From the NCBI GenBank assembly GCA_027624315.1, contig JAQBXX010000001.1, positions 62,203 to 126,202 of the forward strand: a stretch of 64,000 nucleotides of DNA, given 5' to 3'. Position numbers and translations under genes: made by a program. Under the pieces are notes generated by a model that worked only from the letters and a program-made list of their open reading frames with translations, was not told the origin of the DNA and made no database searches. This DNA comes from Pseudomonadota bacterium (lineage in GTDB: Bacteria; Pseudomonadota; Gammaproteobacteria; SURF-13). This document shows, one piece after another, positions 57,139 to 64,000 of the stretch; within the stretch, counting starts at the first letter, position 1, and every line of letters begins with the position of its first letter.

Positions 57139-57610
57139 ACTCACTGCACTGCGCGATCTGTGGCGCAATCCGGTACACCTGCTGGCCTTTGGCCTCGGCG
57201 CCGGCCTGCTGCCCGCACCCGGCACCTTCGGCTCGCTGCTGGGCGTAGCCGTTTATCTGTGGGCACAAATACTGACGCCTGAAATGTACGCCGCGCTGTG
57301 CGCACTCCTGTTTGTCGCCGGGATATGGCTGTGCGGCACCACGGCACGAACACTTGGCCGGGAAGATCACCCCGGCATTGTATGGGATGAAATCACCGGC
57401 TATCTTGTCACCATGATGTTCGCGCCGCGCGGCTGGCTGTGGATCGTGCTGGGGTTTGGGTTGTTCCGCCTGTTTGACATCTGGAAGCCGTGGCCCATCA
57501 ATATCGCTGACCGTAGGATAAAAGGCGGCTTCGGCATCATGCTGGACGACATCCTCGCCGCGCTGTACGCCATGCTGGCACTGCAACTCATTTACTTTAT
57601 TACGCACTGA
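57131..57610 (+). CDS. pgpA: phosphatidylglycerophosphatase A
   Basis: MNKLTALRDLWRNPVHLLAFGLGAGLLPAPGTFGS... Overlaps the thiL stop. Confidence 0.85.
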   Translation: MNKLTALRDLWRNPVHLLAFGLGAGLLPAPGTFGSLLGVAVYLWAQILTPEMYAALCALLFVAGIWLCGTTARTLGREDHPGIVWDEITGYLVTMMFAPRGWLWIVLGFGLFRLFDIWKPWPINIADRRIKGGFGIMLDDILAALYAMLALQLIYFITH

Positions 57611-57624
57611 AAACCGGAATCATC

Positions 57625-58497
57625 ATGAGCAAGGTCATGGACAAATTTGAGAAACTGCGCGACATGGAGGCCTTTACCGAGACCATGTTCAACCGCATCT
57701 TTGAATTCCAGCAGAAGCTGCATCCGGCCTGGAATGCCGAACTGCCGTTCGGCGAGCGCATCAAGAATCTGCCGCTGCACTACCTCGTATTCAGCACCCC
57801 GGACCGTGACCCGAAACTGTTTGCCCCCACAGTCGCGCCGTACTACCCGCTGCATGAAGAGATGCGGAAGATTGCGTGGTATGCGCGCCGCGTCGCGCAA
57901 CAGCCGCTGGCGTGCGATGTCCATTGCGGCAACGGCTTCATCGGTAGCCTGCTGGCGCGCGAGGGCGTAAAGGTCATCGGTGTGCGCGACCCGGAGGCGA
58001 GACCGAATCAGATCGCCGATTTTTATGACAAGAATTGCTATGAAATCCGCAGCGCTAAATTCGTTGGCATCGATTTCCCGTTTGACGTTGCGTTCTCGTC
58101 GTGGATGCCGTCCGGCGTGAATCTCATGCCGGAGATTGTACGGCGCGCACCGAAACTCATCGTATATATCCACACCGACCACGTCAACGAAGAAACCGGT
58201 GCGGCGCAGACCGGAACGCCCGAGGCGTTCACTCAGCTGCCTGTGCGTTACAAGCTCATTGATGAGTGGTCAGTGACGCGGCCGGCAGATATGTTTTATG
58301 AAATCTGGCCCGATTTGAGCCGTAACATGGAAGAGACGCGGCACGTCAAAATATACGCCGACGGACCCTGGCACGATCTTGCGTATCAGGCGCCGCCGGG
58401 AACCAGCGCAGAGTATGACTGGGAGCAGGAGTTGGCGATCACCACTCTCGCACTGGAGGCTAAATCCATGCTGCGCGCGCGGGGTCACCATCTGTAA
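57625..58497 (+). CDS. putative class I SAM-dependent methyltransferase-like protein (hypothetical)
   Basis: 290 aa with a Rossmann-like DVHCGNGFIGSLLAREGVKVIGV (GxGxG) motif. Function unknown. Confidence 0.55.
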   Translation: MSKVMDKFEKLRDMEAFTETMFNRIFEFQQKLHPAWNAELPFGERIKNLPLHYLVFSTPDRDPKLFAPTVAPYYPLHEEMRKIAWYARRVAQQPLACDVHCGNGFIGSLLAREGVKVIGVRDPEARPNQIADFYDKNCYEIRSAKFVGIDFPFDVAFSSWMPSGVNLMPEIVRRAPKLIVYIHTDHVNEETGAAQTGTPEAFTQLPVRYKLIDEWSVTRPADMFYEIWPDLSRNMEETRHVKIYADGPWHDLAYQAPPGTSAEYDWEQELAITTLALEAKSMLRARGHHL

Positions 58498-59125
58498 TTT
58501 TCGTTTTTATAGCGCCTAGAATGACAGCACCCGCCTCCGATATGCCACCATGGGTATCAACAGCAGACAGGCTGCTGCAATTACAGCAGGAAACAAAACT
58601 GTTGTCAGCGAGTAATGCTCCAGCGCCATAATGGCTATAAGGTTACGTGCCGTGCCTGCCCCAAGCGCCAATGTGGCACTGCAGGCCAATACAGTGCTAC
58701 AATGGCCCGGCAAATACAGGGATTACCGTGAATGGAGTCATTGCGTTCACGGATGGGCATCACTTTTATGCCAACGATGTATCCCTGCAACAGGGTGCGA
58801 ACACCTTGGAGGCCATTGCGACAACGCCCAGAGGCAAAAGCGCCGTTGCTACACTTTAATCATACGCCATTGCGTTTCCGGTCAATATGTATCGGTGCAT
58901 GGGTTGGCAGGAACTGAAAAATATGGCTACATCCAGATAGTCGTTTTCGAACCCACCCGCTCCGTCCCACCGCCATCACGTCTCCGAGGGCGGGCAGAGT
59001 TGTCGCAGCAGTTCCCGGCGAAGCTGTATCGCGCCAAAGAAAATTTAAAGGCATCCGCCCCCGCATCGGCGGCGGTTCCAGAGCCAGGTCAACCCGCGAC
59101 GTCGCGCGTTCAGGCGGAGGTGAAA

Positions 59126-59803
59126 ATGGCCGCAAAACCGAGGATTGAGCCGTTCGCCGTCAAGGACTGCGCGCTCGCCGCCATCTCCACCGGCCGGCGC
59201 GCGCAGAACCTGCGCGAACTGCGCGACCACCTGCAGGCGGTGCCCGTCGGCTGTTTCCACTACCATTTCTGGGGCGGGCTGCTGCGTCCGCGCTTCGACG
59301 ACCCCGAGTACAACAACGACTTCGCCTCGTGGGTGCGCCACGCCTTGCACGACGCACGGCTCGCCGAGCGTCTTGGCATCCTCGATCCGGCCGAGTACGC
59401 CGATGTCGAACAATTGCGCCGGGAACTGGTGGACATTATCGAGCAGCGACTCGACGAAACCGAGTTTCTCGCCTGGGCGCGGCGCAACCAGCAGTTTCAC
59501 TTCGTCCGCGCTCAGACTGTCGTGTTCGACACGCGCAAGCGTCTCACCCACCCCGCGGAACTCGCCGACGCGGTCCCGGCGCTGTCGCTCGGCAGCATCT
59601 ATTACCACTTCATCGACGCGCGCCGGCGGGCGCCACAGGGCGTGGACGATTTCCGCGCCTGGCTCGATCATTTCGGCGATGAATTCCGCGACCTGCGCGA
59701 CCAGATTATGGCCATCGATCCGTATTTCATCACCCTGCGCGAGCTGCGCGAACGGCTGGCGACGCTTTTCCGCCGCCAATTTTCCGCCGGGGCGCCGTCA
59801 TGA
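59126..59803 (+). CDS. conserved hypothetical protein translationally coupled to treT
   Basis: 225 aa, MAAKPRIEPFAVKDCALAAISTG... GGAGG Shine-Dalgarno 5 nt upstream. Its stop overlaps the treT ATG (ATGA). The ORF frame is open back to 58631, but the upstream part lacks coding features. Confidence 0.5.
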   Translation: MAAKPRIEPFAVKDCALAAISTGRRAQNLRELRDHLQAVPVGCFHYHFWGGLLRPRFDDPEYNNDFASWVRHALHDARLAERLGILDPAEYADVEQLRRELVDIIEQRLDETEFLAWARRNQQFHFVRAQTVVFDTRKRLTHPAELADAVPALSLGSIYYHFIDARRRAPQGVDDFRAWLDHFGDEFRDLRDQIMAIDPYFITLRELRERLATLFRRQFSAGAPS

Positions 59804-61041
59804 GTGCGTTGCTGCAGGACTACGCCGCCGTGGTCGGCGAGGATGTCATCGACCAGTTGTTGCAGCTGGCGGAACCGCTCAAGGGCAAGAAGGTCGTGCA
59901 CATCAACTCCACGCGTGTCGGCGGCGGCGTGGCCGAGATTCTCACGAAGCTCGTACCACTACAGCGAGAGCTCGGCATGGATGCACGGTGGGAGATCATT
60001 CCCGGCCAGGACGAATTCTACCAATGCACCAAGCTGTTCCATAACGCGCTCCAGGGCCGGACAGCGGTGTTGTCAGAATCGCTGAAACAGGCCTACGAGG
60101 AGGCCAATGCCCAGTGTGCGGAGGAGCATCGCGCCCTGCTACGCGACGCCGACGTCGTCTTCATTCACGATCCGCAGCCGGCGGCGCTACTGCCGCACAT
60201 CCATGACCGCAAGGGCAAGTGGATCTGGCGCTGCCATATCGACGTCAGTCACCCGCAACGCCAGATCTGGCGTTACCTGAGCGGGTTCGTCGCCGGCTAC
60301 GACGCGAGCGTGTTCTCGCTCGCCGATTTTGCGCAGATGCTGCCGCACTCGGTGTACCTGATCCCGCCGAGCATCGACCCCTTGAGCGAGAAGAACCGCG
60401 AGCTGCCGGAAAAGGAAATTCGCGAAACCTGCGAGCTGCACCGCATCGACCCGGACCGGCCGATGATGCTGCAGGTGTCGCGCTTCGACCGTTTCAAGGA
60501 CCCGCTCGGCGTGGTCCAGGCCTATTACCTCGCCAAGAAGTTCATTCCGGCGCTGCAGCTGGTGCTGGCGGGCGGCGGCGCAAGCGACGACCCGGAGGGC
60601 GACGCCGTGCTCGCCGAAGTGCAGGCCGCGGTCAAGGGCGACGCGGATGCGCACGTCCTGTTCCTGCCGCCGGACGCGCACCGCACCGTCAACGCGTTGC
60701 AGCGTGCGGCGTTATTCGTGCTGCAAAAGTCCGTGCGCGAGGGTTTCGGTCTCACCGTGGCCGAGGCATTGTGGAAGGGAAAACCGGTCATCGGCGGCAA
60801 TACCGGCGGTATTCGCCTGCAGGTCGTTAATCATCACACCGGCTTCCTCGTCGATTCGCCGGAGGGCGCGGCGCTGCGCATCCGTTACCTGCTGCACCAT
60901 CCCGACAAGCTCGCAGAAATGGGAGGCAAGGCGCGCGAATTCGTGCGCGATAATTTCCTGATCACGCGCCAGTTGCGCGAATACCTCACGCTCATGGTCG
61001 CCCTGGTGCACGGCGCCAACGGCCGGCTGGTGCTGGAATGA
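59800..61041 (+). CDS. treT: trehalose glycosyltransferring synthase TreT-like GT4 glycosyltransferase
   Basis: KKVVHINSTRVGGGVAEILTKLVPLQRELGMDARWEIIPGQDEFYQCTKLFHNALQG closely matches the archaeal/bacterial TreT N-terminal block, plus a C-terminal GT4 motif (REGFGLTVAEALWKGKPVIG). Confidence 0.75.
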   Translation: MSALLQDYAAVVGEDVIDQLLQLAEPLKGKKVVHINSTRVGGGVAEILTKLVPLQRELGMDARWEIIPGQDEFYQCTKLFHNALQGRTAVLSESLKQAYEEANAQCAEEHRALLRDADVVFIHDPQPAALLPHIHDRKGKWIWRCHIDVSHPQRQIWRYLSGFVAGYDASVFSLADFAQMLPHSVYLIPPSIDPLSEKNRELPEKEIRETCELHRIDPDRPMMLQVSRFDRFKDPLGVVQAYYLAKKFIPALQLVLAGGGASDDPEGDAVLAEVQAAVKGDADAHVLFLPPDAHRTVNALQRAALFVLQKSVREGFGLTVAEALWKGKPVIGGNTGGIRLQVVNHHTGFLVDSPEGAALRIRYLLHHPDKLAEMGGKAREFVRDNFLITRQLREYLTLMVALVHGANGRLVLE

Positions 61042-61841
61042 CGGCGACCGTGAAAACGCTGCGCGAAGGCGTCGATCTGACGGAGTTCTTCCGGCGCGTG
61101 CGCGCCGCGAACACGCGCCTGCTGCTGCTCGACTACGATGGCACGCTGGCACCGTTTCACCTCGACCCGGCGCAGGCGCGGCCCTATCCCGGCGTGTGCG
61201 AGCGGCTGGACGCGATCATGGAGAACGCACGCACGCGGCTGGTGCTGATCAGCGGCCGCTGGACGCGCGACCTGCTGCCGCTGCTCACGTTGCGACGGCG
61301 CCCGGAAATCTGGGGTTCGCACGGCTGGGAACAACTCACGCCCGACGGCGGCTACGCCGTGGCGCCGATCGGCGAGACGGCGCTCGCCCGGCTGCTGGAT
61401 GCGGACGTACTCGAAGCACGCATCGTCGCCCTCGGCGGGCGCTGCGAGCGCAAGCCCGGCGGGTTCGCAGTCCACTGGCGCGGACTCGCGCCCAACCAGA
61501 TAGCGGACATCCGCAGCGATGTGTTCGAGAATTGGATGGATCAGGGACTGCACCGCGACCTCGTGTGGCATGACTTCGACGGCGGCGTCGAGCTGCGGGC
61601 GCCGGGACGCCACAAGGGCTACGTCGTGGACACGTTGCTGGCGGAGGCGCCGGGCGCGGTCGCCGCCTACCTCGGCGACGACCTCACGGACGAAGATGCG
61701 TTCCGGGCGATCAAGGACAAGGGTCTCGGCATCCTGGTGCGGCCCGAATTCCGGCCGACGGAAGCCGACTTGTGGCTGCGCCCTCCGGCGGAATTGCTCG
61801 ATTTTCTCGATCGCTGGCGCGATGCCGGGAACGCGCGATGA
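61038..61841 (+). CDS. otsB: trehalose-6-phosphate phosphatase-like HAD-IIB hydrolase
   Basis: 267 aa with HAD motif I LLLLDYDGTLAP and motif IV YLGDDLTDEDAF. Confidence 0.8.
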   Translation: MTATVKTLREGVDLTEFFRRVRAANTRLLLLDYDGTLAPFHLDPAQARPYPGVCERLDAIMENARTRLVLISGRWTRDLLPLLTLRRRPEIWGSHGWEQLTPDGGYAVAPIGETALARLLDADVLEARIVALGGRCERKPGGFAVHWRGLAPNQIADIRSDVFENWMDQGLHRDLVWHDFDGGVELRAPGRHKGYVVDTLLAEAPGAVAAYLGDDLTDEDAFRAIKDKGLGILVRPEFRPTEADLWLRPPAELLDFLDRWRDAGNAR

Positions 61842-62896
61842 GCTGGCTCGAACGCGGCATCTACGGCAGCCCCTTGGCCGACTGGCTCGTCGCCCTGGGC
61901 ATCGCGGCCGGCGCGGCCGTCCTGCTGCTGTTGTTGCGGCGCACGGTCCCGTCCTGGTTCGCCGCCCGGGCACGCCGAACCGAAACCCGCGTGGACGATA
62001 TCGTCGTGGAGGTTCTGGCCGCGACCAAGCCGGCGTTCCTGCTGGTCGCGGCGCTCTACCTCGGGGCGCAATACCTCACACTTCCGGACAAGATCGCGCG
62101 CATCGTCGACGGCATCGCCCTCGTCGCATTGCTGTTGCAGGCGGGCGCTTGGGGCCAGCGCGGCATCGCCCTCGCCCTGCGCCTGAAGAAGGAGACCGAC
62201 GCCGCCGGCGCCACCACGCTCACGGTACTCGGGTTCGTGGGGCGCATCGTGCTGTGGTCGGTCGTGGCGCTGATGATCCTCGACAACCTCGGCGTCAACA
62301 TCACCGCCCTGGTGGCGAGCCTCGGCATCGGCGGCATCGCCGTGGCGCTCGCGGTGCAGAACATCCTTGGCGATATCTTCGCCTCGCTCTCGATCACGCT
62401 CGACCGCCCGTTCGCGATCGGCGATTTCATCGTCGTCGGCGACGTGCTCGGCACGGTGGAGTACATCGGCCTCAAGACCACGCGCATCCGCAGCCTCTCC
62501 GGCGAGCAGATCGTGTTCTCCAACGCCGACCTGCTGAAAAGCCGCATCCACAACTACAAGCGCATGACCGAGCGCCGGGTGGTGTTCGGCTTCGGCGTCG
62601 TCTACCAGACCCCGGCCGACAAGCTCGAATGCATCCCGGCCATGGTGCGCGAAGCCATCGAGGCGCAACCGAAGACGCGTTTCGACCGCGCGCACTTCAA
62701 GGAGTACGGCGACTCGGCGCTGACATTCGAGGCGGTCTATTTCGTGCTCGACCCGGACTACAACGTCTACATGGACATGCAGCAGGCGGTGAACCTGGCC
62801 CTGTTCCGGCGTTTCCAGGACGAAGGCATCGGCTTTGCCTACCCGACGCGCACCGTGCACCTCCAGCCGGCGGACAACACGAGGGAGACCCCATGA
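61838..62896 (+). CDS. MscS-family mechanosensitive channel
   Basis: Transmembrane helices plus the MscS signature (IGGIAVALAVQNILGDIFASL...PFAIGDFIVVGDVLGTVEYIGLKTTRIRSLSGEQIVF). Start ATG overlaps the otsB stop. Confidence 0.8.
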   Translation: MSWLERGIYGSPLADWLVALGIAAGAAVLLLLLRRTVPSWFAARARRTETRVDDIVVEVLAATKPAFLLVAALYLGAQYLTLPDKIARIVDGIALVALLLQAGAWGQRGIALALRLKKETDAAGATTLTVLGFVGRIVLWSVVALMILDNLGVNITALVASLGIGGIAVALAVQNILGDIFASLSITLDRPFAIGDFIVVGDVLGTVEYIGLKTTRIRSLSGEQIVFSNADLLKSRIHNYKRMTERRVVFGFGVVYQTPADKLECIPAMVREAIEAQPKTRFDRAHFKEYGDSALTFEAVYFVLDPDYNVYMDMQQAVNLALFRRFQDEGIGFAYPTRTVHLQPADNTRETP

Positions 62897-64000
62897 ACGA
62901 CCGGCCACGCGCCAGTCTTTCGCGCTCGCTGCGGTTGGGATTGTTCATCGCCGCCGTCATCGGCCTCGTCACCGGGCTTTTCGCCTGGCACCAGATCGAA
63001 AGCGAGCGCGCGATCAACCTCGACGACGTGGCCCGCCGCGCGCACGTGCTGGCGCAGCAGCTCTCCGTCCGTGCCACGCATGCGCTCGCGCTGCCGGACG
63101 CACAGGCACGACTGGCGCTGCGGCCGCGACTCGAGGGCTACCAGCGATTGCTCGGCTACGCGGTGTTTCGCGCCGACGGCCGACTGCTGGCTGCGGGCAA
63201 GGCGGTGTCGGCATTCACCGACAAGCTCGACGACCCGGCGCGCCAGGCATTGCAATCCGGCAAGGAAGTCACGCAACTCTTGCGTGCCTCGGGCATGCAC
63301 GTCCACGTGTTGATGAAACCGCTGCCCGGAGCAACGCCAGCGACGGGCGCGCTGGCAGTGGTACACGACGTCACCTTTCTGGACGACCGCGCGGTAGCCC
63401 GGCTGGCGCAGTTCGGTTTCTGGATATTGATCATCACGCTGCTCGCGGTCGCGCTCGTGGTGGGCAGCACCTGGCTCGCGTACGAGCGGCCGCTGCACAA
63501 GCTCGCCGACTGGATGCGGCGCCTGCGCACCGAAAACGTCGCCGAGGCGCCACCGGGGCTGCCCTCGGGGCGGCTGCGCAGCGAATCGGACCGGCTCGCG
63601 GCGTCGTTCCGCGCGGCGCGCTCCACCGGCCAGGTGCTCTCGGAAGCGGCAATGCATGCCGAACAGGTATGGACCCCGGAGCGGCTGCGCACGCATGGAC
63701 TCGCGGCTCTCGGCGAGGCCCGCCAGCTCATCGTGGTCAGCAACCGCGAGCCCTACATGCACCAGTGGCACGACGGCAAACCGCACGTGATCGTGCCGGC
63801 GGGAGGACTCGTCACCGCGCTCGACCCGGTACTCCAAGCCTGTGGCGGCGTGTGGATCGCGCACGGCGCCGGCGATGCCGACCGCGCGACAGCCGACGCC
63901 GCCGGCCGGCTCACGGTACCGCCCGACGATGCGCGCTACACGCTCAAACGCGTATGGCTCACGCGCCAGGAGGAACAGGGCTACTACTACGGCTTCTCGA
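62893..64000 (+). CDS. GT20 synthase (OtsA/GgpS-like) with an N-terminal two-transmembrane periplasmic-loop extension; 3' end beyond the window
   Basis: Translated by hand. Transmembrane helix 1 LGLFIAAVIGLVTGLFAW, a roughly 150-aa loop, transmembrane helix 2 FGFWILIITLLAVALVVGSTWLA, then LIVVSNREPYMHQWHDGKPHVIVPAGGLVTALDPVL...YYYGF, which matches the N-terminal block of GT20 trehalose-6-P / glucosylglycerol-P synthases. ATGA overlap with the MscS gene. Confidence 0.7.
   Translation, partial: MNDRPRASLSRSLRLGLFIAAVIGLVTGLFAWHQIESERAINLDDVARRAHVLAQQLSVRATHALALPDAQARLALRPRLEGYQRLLGYAVFRADGRLLAAGKAVSAFTDKLDDPARQALQSGKEVTQLLRASGMHVHVLMKPLPGATPATGALAVVHDVTFLDDRAVARLAQFGFWILIITLLAVALVVGSTWLAYERPLHKLADWMRRLRTENVAEAPPGLPSGRLRSESDRLAASFRAARSTGQVLSEAAMHAEQVWTPERLRTHGLAALGEARQLIVVSNREPYMHQWHDGKPHVIVPAGGLVTALDPVLQACGGVWIAHGAGDADRATADAAGRLTVPPDDARYTLKRVWLTRQEEQGYYYGFS

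Overview
This is a roughly 64 kb chromosomal segment from a high-GC (about 60-65%) gammaproteobacterium. Gene order is Pseudomonas-like: lptB-lptA-lptC-kdsC-kdsD; hemB; ppk1/ppx; aroE-prlC-xthA; argH divergent from algZ-algR-hemCDXY; argB-algC-dut-coaBC; radC-rpmB-rpmG; crc/xth-like next to pyrE; nrdR-ribD-ribE-ribBA-ribH-nusB-thiL-pgpA. Most of the window is housekeeping. The accessory and unusual content is: (1) four copies of a roughly 150-190 bp composite element built from 4-5 consecutive perfect hairpins, showing compensatory base changes between copies, always intergenic and in both orientations; (2) a second, GC-rich REP-like repeat family with core GGGGGAGGG..AGGGTGGGGGT, at least five copies; (3) a roughly 2 kb low-GC islet inserted into the 5' end of the pyrE-adjacent xth/crc-like gene, bounded by 33-bp direct repeats (31/33 identical) that duplicate the first codons of that gene. 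It carries a truncated C5 cytosine methyltransferase fragment, an intact HNH-family nuclease and a VapBC toxin-antitoxin pair. An AT-rich orphan ORF sits just downstream of the xth/crc-like gene (outside the repeat-bounded islet); (4) a complete IS30-family element with terminal inverted repeats and a candidate 3-bp duplication between metX and a higBA module, plus a solo copy of its left inverted repeat about 40 kb away; (5) three type II toxin-antitoxin modules in total; (6) a type IVa pilin gene, AT-rich, with a good sigma-54 -24/-12 promoter; (7) a DUF4124 gene inactivated by two G>A changes (start ATG>ATA and conserved Trp TGG>TAG); (8) an osmoadaptation cluster of treT, otsB-like phosphatase, an MscS channel and a GT20 (OtsA/GgpS-like) synthase carrying an unusual N-terminal two-transmembrane sensor-like extension, cut by the window end. 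No rRNA, tRNA or CRISPR arrays were found.
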